Assembly: GCF_009834535.1 (NCBI RefSeq)
Contig: NC_045696.1
Span: forward strand, 33,544,001-33,608,000
DNA length: 64,000 bases
From: Camelus ferus
Lineage: Eukaryota
Reading direction: 5' to 3'
Positions 1 to 13,649 of this stretch are shown here, piece by piece (positions within the stretch are counted from its first letter, which is position 1; each line of letters opens with the position of its first letter). The notes under the pieces were generated by a model. It searched no databases and had not been told where the DNA came from. It saw nothing but the letters and a program-made list of their open reading frames with translations. Both the position numbers and the translations under genes were made by a program.

Positions 1-1251
1 TTCCCGGTACAGCCCTGTCCTTGTTCCTCAAGAACTGGGAGGCAAACTGCCATGCTGGTGTGCAGCACAAGGCCTTGATTAATGGACAGCTTAGCTTATT
101 TTAACCACTCTTTTTAAACTAAAATTGCATATTACTTCTTTGCAACTATAGCCTACAGAAAAGTCTTTTTAACACTAAGTGTGGAAGCAGCCCTAGAGCA
201 TTCCGTGATTGATAAATTTGTCAATATTATTCAGTAAATATCCCTTGGAAAAAAGAAATATTTTGCTTAGAAGGACCATTTTATTTCTGTTTTTCATAAA
301 CATATTATTTCTTATTGTGTCCCAATACTCAGACTTCTTTTTATTGAAGTACATTCTCCCAAAACATGACCTAATATCTGGGATTAAATCCGGCATTTAA
401 GAAATGTATTAATTCTTCCAGTCACTAAGGCATCACGCAAATTGAGTGTTCCATTGTGTGAAATAGTACTCTAGGGACTGAGTCAGTCCTCCATGTTGCC
501 TAACCCAAGGAAAAGCCTGGTGCGTTATTAATTGTAAACTGCGCAGGGTCACGTTTTACTAGGGAAATGGAAATTGGCAAGTATTCTGATTTTACCTATA
601 AACTTCGGCTGCATAACTCTAGTGATAAAGCAGCTCAAAAAGAAAGAACAGATTAGTCAACTGCCAGTCTGGAAAAACATTTTGATACACATGAGACAAC
701 AACTCTGTTAAATAAATAAAAATTTCTATGACTAATAGTAGAAATGTAATATAGAGTAGTGAACAACAGCTGAAGAATAAGTAACTCTTAAATTTAGGAA
801 TAATAGTCTAAAGCTTATGATGCAATAAGGTGTCCAAATTTTAAAACATTTACCATACCCAGAACTTTTGAATACTAGAATAAATGTGCATATGGGTTTC
901 TTAAATAAAGTGTTTAAAGAGCTGTCACAACAGATAAAAATTATTAGCACATTAACCTATTGGTCTGAAATAGAGTTTCACATACTGCAACATGGAGGCC
1001 AAAGGCTGATGAGTTTGCCTTCATGAAGACCAATGATGATTGTGTAAAGCAGAGGTTTCAATATGATGTAACTTTGTGATCTTCCTTGTGGCTCCTTGCA
1101 CAGACCATGAGGTTTTCTTATATTGGTATGTTACTGTTTCTGTACTTTCTGGAAGATACTGTATACTAGTGGAATTAGGGGTCAGTTTTGGTACAAAGTT
1201 AGTGTGTATGTCTTTCTGCTCCAGGATTGCTCCCTTTTAGAGGTCACTATT

Positions 1252-1298
1252 TTGTGTTGTGTTGTGTTGTTTGGCTTGGTTTGGTTTGGTTTGGTTTG
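1252..1298. repeat. Compound pentanucleotide microsatellite (TTGTG)n/(TTTGG)n
   Basis: ttgtgttgtgttgtgttgtttggcttggtttggtttggtttggttt read directly. Confidence 0.85.
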
Positions 1299-3629
1299 TA
1301 CTTTATCCTACCCTGCAAAGACATTTTCTTCCTTGGCTGCCTGATCCCTTTAGTTACTTAGGGAGACTAATCTGATGAACTAATTTACATAGAATGGTTG
1401 AGGAAAGAATGTGTTATTCTTTTGGGGGATCATTGTTTCACAATGGTGGAATTTTGGTTACCACCAGGGAAAATATTTGGGGGCATGTGGGTATTCAAAA
1501 GCTCTCCAGTACTTCATGACAGGCTGTGCCACATCTGTTTTCTTCCAAGGTATTAAATTATTTATTGCAAGCACACTTTCAAAAATGATTTAAGCTGGTT
1601 TACATGAAATGGCTTAAAGAGCAAAACGATTAAAATTCAGTTGAAAATAAAGGAATCATATAAGAAGAAAGGAAAATTGTTATCTTGAAAAATTCAGGAG
1701 CAGAAAACAGTGGAGAATATAATTTAGCTTTGAGACACTTCACAGCTATGGCAAAACGAAGGCAAAGCAATATACCTTCTACCTTGTGAAAAGAGTCAAG
1801 GTGTTCCTAGCTCTGCACTTGTAGAGGAATTTTTATTCAGGGATAAGACACGTAAGGCCGACAACAATGAAGGAAGCAGTACCAATATCTCAGTGCTGGA
1901 TAGTTAAGGTGAGATGGATAGACAGCAGAGAACATTAGAATTCTTAACTCATAGATGACATCATTTTAGTCTGCATATCCAAAGGAGGAGTTAGAATTGC
2001 TCTTACTTTTCTACCTTCAGTGAAAGAGTAAAGAAGAGACTAGATTAAATACTCTGGGTTAAAGTGCTTAAAAAAAAAACCTTATTATTAAAGGATAGTG
2101 TTATATCTTTAAACTAAATGAAAGATAGCCATTTGAGTTTTCTTATTCTTTTTATTTTTCAATTTAAAGGTTTACTTTCTACTATCGTAAGGGTTGCATT
2201 TTACGCTTCTTCTATGATTTGGCACCTAATGCAATACAGTATTTGTGGGTTTTGGACTAAGATGTTTTAATTAATTTGAGATGCTATTTGAAAGGTCTGA
2301 GAAGGTCTGATGTTTCCTGTATGTGTGCACAGCTGTCTTTAAAATTGTTTTGTTTTCTTAGATTTTGCAGAATGATACATTGTTGAAGTCCAATAACTCA
2401 AATGTTTGAGTAACATTCATCAAGGTTAGGCAATCCCAACCTCTGCTCTTGGCATTATCAGGAACTTCAAGTACATCACTTCCAAGTTTTAGCTGTAAAT
2501 CACCTTGGTAGAGGCCATTTCAGCAACATCCGTCAAGATTTTGTCTTGACATACAATGAATAGGAGATTAGAAGTAATGCATTACTTCAATAAACCATTC
2601 CACCCAGTTTTATTAATAGTACAGTCCTCTATAAGGCAACTTCCCAGTGTTACATAGACAATTAAAACGAACATGATCTAGGGTGGGGAAAAAATGTCTA
2701 ATTGGCATGTTCAGTTGGATTTACATGTTAAGACTTGAAAATAAAGGAGAGAATTTGGGGCAACATTTTAGAAATATGTATGAGAAAGAGAAATGATCAA
2801 GTTACAAGCATACTTAGAATCCAAAAAATACAATTCATGGAATCTAGAGTGTATTAAATTTCTAAAATGCCTGTCCATGAATTGCATATATACCATTAAT
2901 GGAAACAGAATAGTACAGAGTCTCCAAGCATGCCAACAGTGAGCCTCCATCATCATAACCTCATGTAATAAGCTTAGATTTAGGGGTCTTAAAGAATTTA
3001 GTAACTCCCCATGCATGCCTCCAGAAAAATGCACAAGAATATAAGATGTGCATAACGTAGCTCAGAGCATGCATTTTAAATGGGCTTTCAGATTTGATTA
3101 TAAGAGAAAAATACAAACTTATTAAGAATATCTTTCTATTCATTCCACAAAGCCTCAAGGGAAATTCATTCTATTAATGAGTGGGCCTTTCAGATGTGAC
3201 ACTTTCGTCTGTCTTCTTTATTTTGCTAGTAATAGAAAATTAGTATAATTTATAGATATTTATGAAGGTATATTTTAAATATGGCTTAAGGGAAAAGTTA
3301 TAGATGCATGATGTAACATAATTTTTGTGTTTTTAAATGCCTACATATTAACTATGTCAATATATCTACTGTTAGTTCTAAATATTAACCAAAGTCATAT
3401 TTAGTGAATAGTAGATAATCTTTTGGCCCTTGATAAAGCCGATTTAAAAAAAAAAACTTTAAAATTATTCATTAGGAAAATACATTGGCATTCTAATAAA
3501 AATATGAAAATGCACTATAATTTCATCATTATGAATATATAGTCAATTTTAAAGTTTACATTTTAATTGTAGGACACATCCATGGTAGATTGAAATTTAT
3601 TACCAAAGAAGGCAAAAAGAGTATTAACT

Positions 3630-4190
3630 TATGATCAGGTAAACTTTATGGGTCCTAACTAATAACTGGGTACTGAGGACACACACAAAAAATAAAACTA
3701 GGACCTTTCTTCAAAGACTGCTTATAATTCAGTCTTGGGCACTGACCCATAGCAAATGTAACAAGCATGTAACAAATTACAAGGAGGGGAGAATGAATGT
3801 AATACAGGGTGAGACTCCAAAGGAGGGAAAATTCTTGCTGTTGTGGGGATCAGAAAGAGGATATTCATGGCAGGCTTCAGAAAAATGACTCAGAATGAGC
3901 AAGGCAAATAAAAGTGTTAAAAGTATTCCAGGCAGAGAGAACCCCGTGTTGAAGGCATTCTGTTATTCTAGGAAGAGAGGTATAAATCTATATGACAGGA
4001 GGCAGGGCAGGAGTTAGGCAAGACTGAAGAAGTCGGTGGGGCGCAAGTTGCCTAAGACCATCTGTGTTCTGACAAGAAATTTGGAGTTAACTCTGTAAGT
4101 GGGAAGTTCCTGAGGATTTTAGAGCTGATGAATCACCTGTATCTGTAGTCCTAGACAAATGGGATACTGTAGGAAGAAACTGGATCAGGT
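3630..4190 (-). mobile_element. Degenerate LINE-2 3' region
   Basis: L2-antisense-like blocks such as gtattccaggcagagagaac and aagaaatttggagttaactctgtaag...gggaagttcctgaggattttagagc; boundaries approximate. Confidence 0.6.
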
Positions 4191-5469
4191 GACACGTGTT
4201 TGTTGTGGGATATTTCAGTTTGGTGGGACACTTCTTAGGTTATGTTTCCCCGTTTTAATGACCCATCTACCATAAAATGCTACTGAGTATGTATTTGGCC
4301 TTTGTCTTTGTCAGAAATTAAAGAAAAATATTTTTTTTTTAAGGGGAAAGTTGCAAAAGTAGGTCATATTGCCTTAATCTTGTATGTGTTCTTTTAAAAG
4401 ATGCAGACTGATTTTGAATAAACAGAGGCAATACAGACACTTGTTCTGTGAATCACAATCCAGACTCAGAGCTGGCACAGATTTGAGGAATGCACATGCC
4501 TTATCCAAACGCATGTCTGGTATTCATCCAGGTTAAATTCTTTCTCTCTTTTTTAATGTGAGAAGAATTCAATAAATAATACATTGCCTCCGCACTCCCC
4601 AGTGTTCTAGTTAGAAGTTCATTTGAGTTGTATTCACTCAGTTCATTTTATGTCTTGATTTGGTGGGTTTAACATTTCTGTCAGGCTTTGAAAACATAGC
4701 TGGATGAATTTATGAATGAAAATTGCCAAATTCCCATTCTGGCCTTTACTATTATTTTTCACAACCTTTAGAAGAAAATCAATCCGAAGTCTTTAACATC
4801 TCTTTTTTTCAAAGCCCTGAGAGGTGTAGGCATGCTGCAGCAAACATACACTGGCATAGCAAAGGCTGCTCAAGTTTGAAGCATGCTTTTTGTTAGGAGT
4901 TGGAAGTCAAGGTAGAGAATGTTTGTACAAATAATATTTTCCATTTTTTATGGAAGTGACCAGATTGCTTTGAACCACATTTATAGACTGGATAAGTTAT
5001 TTAGAGAAGTAAACAAAACTGTTGCTTCAAAAACATATTTTATGTTGATTTCATAGTTCTTCACTTACGTAGAAAAGAAAAATCTTCTTGATTCTTAGCA
5101 TAAAATCTTGGATCTAATACCAAACTGGGCTCTTTATCCTGGCATACTTTCTTATTCAGTCTCTAGGACTGAACATATCACAGCACAAAAAGTGTGAACC
5201 ACTGTAGAATAACTTTTCCTCTTATTATTTTAGGAATTTTAAGAAAGTCTCCCTAAAATGCTTTAAATTTTTATTTTATTTTAAAAATGAATACACATAA
5301 AAAGATTTTTATATAGACTCTGTGGGAACAGAAGGAAAACTATTAAGAATAGTTACAGTTGAATGTTAAAGATGACAAAAAAATTAAAACGTGTACGCAC
5401 TCATTATGTCTACATTTTGTGAAATATTATAGATGATTTTCAAAACTTAAAATATTCTTAGTTGCCTAC

Positions 5470-5874
5470 TGCTATGGAATGAATTGTGTGTCTTCCCAGA
5501 TTCATATATTGAAGCCATCACTCCCAGTGTGACTGTATTTGGAGACAGGACCTTTAGAGATGTAATTAAGATTAAATAAGTCACTGAGTTGAGCCTTAAT
5601 CTGATAGGATAGGACTGGTTTCCTTATAAGAAAAGGAAAAGACACAAAAGATTTCTCTCTGTGTGTAGATAGCACGTGCAGAATAGAGTCCATGTGAGAA
5701 CACAGCAAGAAGGTGGCCATCCTCAAGACAGTCAGAGAGTCCTTACCAGAAACCAAACCTGGCTGGACCTTGATCTTGGACTTCCAGCCTCCAGAACTGA
5801 GACAAAGCCCATTTCTGTTGTTCCAACCACCCAGTCCATGGTATTTTGCTATGATAGCCAGAGAGACTGATACA
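5470..5874 (+). mobile_element. MaLR solo LTR, MLT1A-type
   Basis: TG...CA termini (tgctatggaatgaattgtgt ... gactgataca); core ttgatcttggacttccagcctccagaactg; 5-bp TSD cctac (5465-5469) / cctgc (5875-5879). Confidence 0.92.
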
Positions 5875-6169
5875 CCTGCCCACAAAGCTGGTATGAGGGC
5901 ACTTTCAGTTTTCCCAGAGATCAGCCGATCCTGATGAGCTCTGTTGGGAGTGAAGCTGTTGGGGAAGAATTTGAAGGAGTGACCAAATTCAAGCTAGAAT
6001 AACGCACAGGGCACATCAAGGTTACATGAAGGTAGGGGAAGAAGTTAGTAGCTTGGCTAATTCCACCTAATGTTTCCTTTATTGTAACATTTGCCAAATC
6101 AGATTATTTATATGTATATATAATTAATTACCTGTAATTATCTACAGCAATATTCATAATTATAACCAC

Positions 6170-6297
6170 CATTCTGAGGACATCCTATGTATCACTCACA
6201 GAATATTCAGCATTTTACTAAACATTACAGCCAGTTCTTAATCTAGGCATTATTAATCCATTTGAGAGATAAAGAGACTGAAGCTCAAAATGTTAAA
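6170..6297 (-). mobile_element. MIR SINE fragment, truncated by a downstream LTR-like insertion
   Basis: tattaatccatttgagagataaagagactgaagctcaaaatgttaaa resembles the MIR core cccattttacagatgaggaaactgaggctcagagaggttaa. Confidence 0.65.
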
Positions 6298-6790
6298 TGT
6301 GGGGTCCACAGACATCTGGCAGATTCCTGCTCCAAGGTCCCTCTGCTTCAGGACCCCTCAGGTGCCTGGCTGCTGCCCTTTGAAGATAACAAAGAACATT
6401 CCTTTCCTAGTACATACCTGCCTTAGTGAGACAATGATCTTCTATACAATACCTGGAAGCCTGAACACCAGGACTGGCCACAGCCCCTACCAAACTCCCT
6501 GGCCCTATCCTTTCATGACCCGCTCCATTCCCTGTTACCTCAAATCAACCAATGAGGACCGTGCATGAGCTGAGCACTCACCTTGCAACCCACTTTGTGC
6601 CAGATGTCACGTAAGCACAAGGAGTTAAAAGTTACTCTCCCTTCTCTCTTACAAAAAGACCTCAGCTACGGACCCTCAGTGCACACATAGACACCTCTCA
6701 TCTGTGTGGCCCACTGTTGCCTACAGCGGCATACCTAATAACCTCCTTCCTTATTTTCATCCTTTGTCTTATACTAATTTATTATGATGT
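6298..6790 (+). mobile_element. Probable ERV solo LTR, family unassigned
   Basis: Abrupt TGTGGGG start inside a MIR; about 490 bp of C-rich sequence; CCAAT at 6549; degenerate TATA and polyA signals in LTR order; 3' boundary uncertain. Confidence 0.55.
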
Positions 6791-8669
6791 TTTTTAAAAA
6801 GACAAATATATGGGAAAGGTCTGATATGATTTAGATATACCTAATGAATATGCAAAAATATTTCCCCTCCTTCTTTTAATCTTGAATTTGCTTTGTTTTC
6901 AGAAGAATTTAGATTTATTCTCTGGCTGATTATATATGTTTGGGTCTGTTTTGTCAAAAGGAACTTTGTCCATACATGGCCCTGTTATAGCCACTTTGAG
7001 TCCAAGAAAACTCATGTAATTTTGCATTCATAGTACAAATCTCTCAAGAAGTTTCATCTAACCACACATTCTCATAGGCCATTCATGATAAAGTAGAAAG
7101 AGCTAGCAGTGGTGAGAAGAAAACAACAGATCAGTTTGGATGCAGCTAATGAAAGTTTCTGAGTGATATTATAGTATTAATAGTCTGATAATTAGCAACA
7201 ATTTTCATTGGACTTCTTTGTATCAGCAAGAAAGAACATGTTTTTATTACCTACTGTGATACATTTTACTCTGTTTAAAATTAGCAAAGCTGTAAAGATA
7301 GCTTTCTGTTTCTTTATAGTTCATTCTTTTAGTTTTCCACAGAAATTAGTGGAATGTTTTTAAACCACTAACCCAAATAACTTGGTAAGATTCTGTTGAA
7401 TGTGGTTGTGACAGCACATCTGAAATAGCTCCTCTCATTTCTCACTGATTTTTATGTTTCTGACTTGGAGCTCTGTTCTTATTCTTTTCCATCAGTTTAA
7501 AGGGAAAGAAACCAGTTCCAACTTTGGCTGTCAACAATTGAAAAAGAAAAAGAATCTGAAGTCCTGGGATCAAAGGATCAAAGGGTTTTTGATGCATTTT
7601 AATGGATTTTTATGCTAGCCTATAAACAGAACAATAGAAAGGAAAATAGGATTTATACACACAACAGAAAAAATTATTTATCTAATACTAATGACACTCT
7701 ATCAGTTTGTAAAGTTTAAATAAAGACAACAAAGAATTTTTATCTCCTTAAAAGGAAAAGAATGCTTAGCAGTTAGACATGGCCCATGATCAAATGCATT
7801 AAACAGCACAATTACTAAGTTTGCATGAAAAAGGCAAGAGGTAATGCCTTCTGGTAAATGTTAACTTGTGTATATCTGTGTAGGTATATATGTGGGATTT
7901 TATGTGACTGTATAAGTATACGTCCCTCTTTTTTAACAGCTGAGGAGGGAAAAATTCTTTGGAACAAAAGCACAACCAAAGTAATCTACCTTAGTCCATA
8001 TAAAAAAATACTAACAAAATCAGCAATCTGAGTTCTTATTATCAGAATATATACCACATACATACACACAAATGATAATGATGATGATGAAGATAGGTAG
8101 AAAGATAGATAGATAGATGACAGGTAATCTGCAAACCTGGACCCAACTCTTGAGCAATCCTTTACTTATTTTAGTATAAAAAAACTTACTGATGTAGGTT
8201 GGTTAAGAAGCCAGAGCTAAAGCAATTCAGTTTTCTCCTAACCCCATCATCTGATTGTGAATAAATTGAGTCTAAACGCAGTCAGAATGATGTGAGAGGA
8301 TAGCAATATAAACGTAGCACAAAGTTCTACAGTTAATGAAAGGTCAACTGTTCAAATGGAAAATTGAGACCATGTCTACAGGAGGAAGAAATGCTTCAGA
8401 TGGATATTTCACCTGTAATTGAAGACTTCTCTGTGTGACCTGAATCTGATAGGTTGTCACATTTTGAAACTTCTGTTATACATTTTTGTGTTTCTTTTTT
8501 TCTCATCTTTATCCTTTCTGTATTTTTGCAAAGATATACACATTTATTTGCTCATGTAGTTTTTTTCTCAATGCAGTGATGTCAGTTTCTCTACGTTCTC
8601 TGTGTTTACTCTGCCAGCAAAGAGAAAGGGCAAATGAAAACCAAGTGCCTTTCTTCTTAGTCAGCCTTA

Positions 8670-8772
8670 TCTTCATCACTCTTATTTTGCAAAAAAAGGA
8701 GTCTATGCATGAGAGTTAGTGAATAGTGAGGCTCAGGCATCATGGCTCCTAAATCCATGCTCTCAACGACTT
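8670..8772 (-). mobile_element. MIR fragment
   Basis: cttattttgcaaaaaaagg ... ggctcctaaatccatgctctcaac resembles MIR core and end. Confidence 0.45.
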
Positions 8773-9153
8773 CACTTTTCTGTCTTTCCAGAAAACTTTG
8801 AAGACTTTAGAGAGGACACAGTCATCTGACACACATCTGCTGAAAGACGATTAACAATGTTTGAACTGAACAAAAGATGAAGCCCATTGTAGGCTGAGGA
8901 ATTAGTGAGCATGTGAGAGAACATGGTAGATTCCCAGAACTCCAAATTGTTTAGGATTACTAAGCTATAGAATAAGCAGAAGAGAGAAGCTGAGATGAGG
9001 TTGAAAACGAGGTAGCTAGAAGTGATCATGCCATGGGCCTAGAGAGCTGAGAATCCAGTGTTGTTATGTGGTAGGCAACAAATTGAATAGTTGGGAGTGG
9101 AGAGAACAGGAGGCCAAAATAACAGTTTAAGGAACCACTCTATTAATCTAGAG

Positions 9154-9212
9154 CAGATGTCTGCAAATGTTTTTCTACTGAGCCAGATAACAAATAGTTT
9201 AAGCTTTGTGGG
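9154..9212 (+). mobile_element. MER58-like hAT MITE terminal fragment
   Basis: cagatgtctgcaaatgtttttctactgagccagataacaaatagtttaagctttgtggg parallels the MER58 5' end, also seen in the full copy at 61865. Confidence 0.6.
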
Positions 9213-10645
9213 AAAAGATACACAATAAAGGATATGATACTGACACTTGATCTAAGAGATAAAGCTACAAGCCTGAGAAATAAGGCGAGAGTTGCTAAAA
9301 GCTGCATGTAACTGTGGGAACGAATTAGATTGGATTCAGAATCTATCAGAAGTTTGAATTTTAACATTCTGTGATTGTTTGGGTATGGAAATGACGGAAG
9401 CTTCAGCTGTGCCTCTGAGGTTTCCTGTTTAGGAGATACATTCCTCCTCACCTTCCATCTGCCCACACACATGCATACACATGCACACAAGTATACATTT
9501 GAAATAGATTTGTGAAGGTAATAAAATTAGTTTTCACCGATTTCTCTTTGACACTTGTAAAAGTTTTTCAAATGCTTCTTCTGCAATACATCTCTTCTTC
9601 CCTGGCCTCAGTGATGCTGGGGTTTCCACCAACCTCTGACCCTTACTACAAGTACAGTTTGAAATACATAACCACTGAGGTCCCTTCCACATTTAATTAA
9701 GACTGAATCAAATCAAAGATCATAAAGAGGAGTCAGCAAGCATAGACACCACTTTTAAAAAACTTGGCCATGATGAAAGTAATATAAAGAAACTAATGAC
9801 ACATACACACACAACCATCTTCTTTAACTGTATAATTAAGCATCTGAGAAATTAAGATAAATCCTTAGGGGTCAGAACAAAATCCAGAATTTGCAATGTT
9901 GACACTTGCTAATTTCAAGTGTCCAAGAGACTGGCTTTCAATGGATCTGGCTTTGCTCACTTGAGAATGAAGATTTCTAAAACTTGAACTCTAAGCCAAG
10001 TAGGACACTAAACTGGTGACCCCTACATTTGACATGTATTCCTAAGGGCCAATAACTTCAGGGTGTGAACTGATCTCATCAGGAATTGGCAAAGATACTT
10101 GCTCACCTCTTTGAAGAAAGCTCTGCTACAACTATGCTGAAAAACTCTATGGAACAAAGCATTCCTCAATTGGCATGGTACCTATAGTCCTACCAACACA
10201 AATGTCACAGAGATTAGGTCTGGAGAGCCCAGTGTCCTCCAGTCATAAACACCTTTTAGAAGAATCTACAGAAAGCCATAAGAAAAAAGCAAAAACTAAT
10301 ACATTAAGCAGTGAATTGATAAGTCATTTATAAAGACTGAGAGCTTCTAGTGCCTTTGAACATCCCTCAGGTGGATATAACCCTTCTCTTGATCCTGAAT
10401 CCATGAAAGGTGAGAGATAAGCATTTTCTCCATACCAGCTCAGCATTTCCCCCCAACCCCCTGGTCTGTAATTGTCATTTTCAGTCAATGTTGGCCAAGA
10501 GGAGCTTTCCTATCTGGAAGTCATCTTCTCTGTTCTTGCTGGCGTTGTCACCATAACTTATCCAGATGATTTTTCAGTTTTTGTTAGCAAATCCTTGGCT
10601 TTACTTGATGATTTAAGCCAGTAATGCCCAAAACTCATATAATCA

Positions 10646-11020
10646 TGTTATGGGATGAATTGTATCCCCCCCCCAAACTCATATACTGAAGCCCTAATCC
10701 TCATACCTCATATTTGGGGATTAAGTCTTTTAAGAGGTGATCAAGTTAAAATGAGGCTATTAGACTGAGCCCTAATCCAGTCTGACTGATGTCCTTACAA
10801 GAAATGGAGATGAAAGACATCAAACAGAGGTGTGCACAGAGGAAAGAGTATTTGAGGAAACAGTGAGAAGGTGGTCACCTGCAAGCCAAGGAGAGAGGCC
10901 TCAAGAAACTAACCACACTAACTTGATCTTGGACTTCAAGTGTCCAGAACTGTGAGAAAGCAAACTTCTGTTGTTGAAGCCACCCCGTCTGTGGCATTTT
11001 ATCATGACAGCCCTAGGAAC
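10646..11020 (+). mobile_element. MaLR LTR, MLT1A-type, lacking its last few bases
   Basis: Starts tgttatgggatgaattgtatcccc; contains ttgatcttggacttcaagtgtccagaactgtgaga; homologous to the 5470 copy. Confidence 0.9.
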
Positions 11021-11173
11021 TTGTTAGATTCACCTGGGAACTCGTTAGAAACGCGTATTTTTGGGCATCATGAAAAATCCATTGAATCAGAAACTCTAGA
11101 CGTGGGGTCCAGCTACTTATTTTATCAAGATTTCCAGATGATTCTGATATATACTGAAGTTTGAGAACCAGTG
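11016..11173 (+). mobile_element. MER5A hAT-Charlie MITE, 5'-truncated
   Basis: cacctgggaactcgttagaaa...tgaatcagaaactct...ccagatgattctgat...aagtttgagaaccagtg, ending in the MER5A terminal inverted repeat. Confidence 0.85.
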
Positions 11174-11659
11174 ATTATTCTATATTGTTGAGGAATTAAT
11201 TGATATGATCCTCAAATCAGTTCATTGCAGCAAATTTCGTAAAGGAAGGGTCTTATTTTTTTCTCAGTATCACCACTTCGCTTTCCTCATATATCAATAA
11301 ATGTTCACAGGGGATTAAGTGCATATTTTGTACTAAGATAGTTTATGGGAATAACAAAACATATAAAACACTCCAACATCCAAGGGCAAAGATTTACTAA
11401 AACAAAAAAGAGGAAGAATGAGAAAATATGACAAAAATTAATGCCACACCTGAGCTGTATGGGATTCATTCACATTAGTTTCCTTTGTGTTTGGAAACTG
11501 ACACAGGAGAGCTCAGGTTAGGGGACAGAGGTGGTTTAGCTTGCTAGGTAGTTTATACTTTTTTTTACATCACAAAAAATGAGGACGGAGAAACAGTCTC
11601 CTAAGGGAAGTAAAGAATGATGGAGCTTCTGCAAGAAGTTGTAAGAATGAAAGAGAAAT

Positions 11660-12533
11660 GACAGCCAACTGAAAGTTCCCAAAGGCCAAAGCTAGAACAA
11701 TTTGAGTGACAGAATATAATATGAATTATAATCCAAAGTAAACTAAATATCCGTAAGTCCATACTAATATAAATAAATGATTGAATGTATAAATAAATAA
11801 ATGGGGATAATAGACAAGTCTCCCATGCAGAGCAATTCCAAATAATTTATTTAGATACTCTTTCCTCCAGCAGGTGGACCATAACTCTGCTCATTCCTCA
11901 AGTACAGGCTGTGCATAGTGACTTCCACTCAAAGAGGACAGTACAGAAAGGGGAAAATAGTAATTTTACAGCTACTTGACAAACAATGACAAAAACTCAG
12001 CCAAATGACAGATTAACATCTGCAACAGTAAGTTGTATTGATGGTACGTACTCTTGCCATGATGTGACGAGGATGGCACTTATGTCTGGGAGCTTTCCCA
12101 AAAACCAAAACCTAAGAAAAATCATGAGTAAAACAACAGACAAACCACAACTGAAGGACCCTCTATGAAACCCCAGATCAGCAGTCTTCAAAACCACCAA
12201 GAACATCAAAAAGGGAAGTCTGGGAAACCATCACAGCCAGAGGAGCCTAAAGAGAAGTGAGGACTAAATATCATGTCATGTCCTGGATCAGTTCATGGAA
12301 ACCAGAAAGGATACTAGGTTAAAATCTAAGTAATTAAACACAATATAAGGAAATTCTAGTAAAGCATAGCTTTAGTTAATAATAAGGTACCAATATTGCT
12401 TCATTTATTGTGAAAACTGTACCATATTAATGTAAGATATTAATAATACAGGGAACTAAGTGTGGTGCGTATGGGAACCCTCTTTACCATCTTTACAGTT
12501 TTTCTGTAAATCTAAAACTATTTTAACATAAAA
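11660..12533 (+). mobile_element. Old L1 3' UTR (L1MC/L1MD-type)
   Basis: Characteristic terminus gtaccatattaatgtaagatattaataata...tatgggaaccctct...tttttctgtaaatctaaaactatttt; internal ggaaaccatcacagccagaggagcctaaagaga. Confidence 0.85.
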
Positions 12534-12729
12534 CAGGTATTAAAAAGACAAATGAGAATTTAGCGTGAGAAAATTGTTTTGCAAACAGGAAAGCACTGCC
12601 TAAAATGTAAGGAATTTTTATTATGAAGTGCCATAAAAGTTTAGAAACAAAATGCCATGAACTTTGAGACAAGAGAGCTCCAGAGAGAAACCTCATGATG
12701 AGGGGTGGGGAAATAGGAGGCGTGTGACC

Positions 12730-12895
12730 TTTTAATAGCTGTGTGACCTTGTACAAGAAACTTAATTTCTCTGAGACATGAAATCATCCCTAAGCATTGC
12801 TCATGTAGTCGTCCTAACTAATGAAGGTTATATTTTTGAGAAAGCATTTGGGAATTGTAAATGAGCATATAAAATTAAAGGTAATACTGTTATTG
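12730..12895 (+). mobile_element. MIR/MIR3 SINE
   Basis: tagctgtgtgaccttgtacaagaaacttaatttctctgag is the MIR core. Confidence 0.7.
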
Positions 12896-13249
12896 TGCTT
12901 TTTCAAATGCTGTTGTTAATATTATTAAAAATCCTAATGGAAGAAGAGAGCACTTGACAAGTAGATCTTGTAGAAAAAAGCAATCCAGGTAAATAAAGTT
13001 GAACACGTGTAAAGGATGGAGGGTTTAAGGGGCAATGATGAGTTTGTTGCCTTTTTCATAATGGCTGCACCAAACTACAGTATAATAATTCTGATTATTT
13101 TGGGGGATTCTGTATAGTCATGCTTAACTTTAATAATGCCTAACTTATTTATGGAAATTTTACATTCCATATTTAATATTTCTGAAATTAATCTATGCAT
13201 GTGATATCAGATATGCTTTCTTGGAGACTATACTATCTGTATGAAGAAG

Positions 13250-13620
13250 AATCAAGAAGAGGACAAGACTAAAGGCAGAGGAACCAATTTAGAGGCTGAG
13301 TCTGCAGTAGTCAACAACACAAAAGATGAATAGAGCCTTATCTAATTTGTGGCAGAGGGGTTGGAGAAAAAACTTAATGCACTTGAAATGTATGCTGGAG
13401 GTAAAATTGATGGTACATGATAATACATTGGATTTGAGAGTGAGGACAAAGTAAAAGTCAAGAGCAAACACTAGGTATGTCATTTACTAAAATAGGAAGC
13501 AAAAAGAGAGAAGAAAATATATAAGGAAATATAATATGTATACTTTAGATATGTTGGGATTGAAATGTTTCTAGGACATGCAGGTGGATCTAAAATATAC
13601 ATTTGCATATACCAGCCAGG
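13250..13620 (-). mobile_element. LINE-2 fragment, interrupted by the L1 at 13650 and probably resuming near 14390-14480
   Basis: Purine-rich L2-antisense blocks ggaggtaaaattgatggtacatgataatacattggat and ttgaaatgtttctaggacatgcaggtggat. Confidence 0.55.
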
Positions 13621-13649
13621 AATATGCACATGTGAGCCTGTGAGCATAC

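Noticed and set aside
2571..2588. 18-bp perfect palindrome gaagtaatgcattacttc
   Set aside because: One palindrome of this length is within chance expectation for 64 kb of AT-rich DNA
5502..5934. Three overlapping ORFs up to 127 aa
   Set aside because: They lie within the non-coding MLT1A LTR
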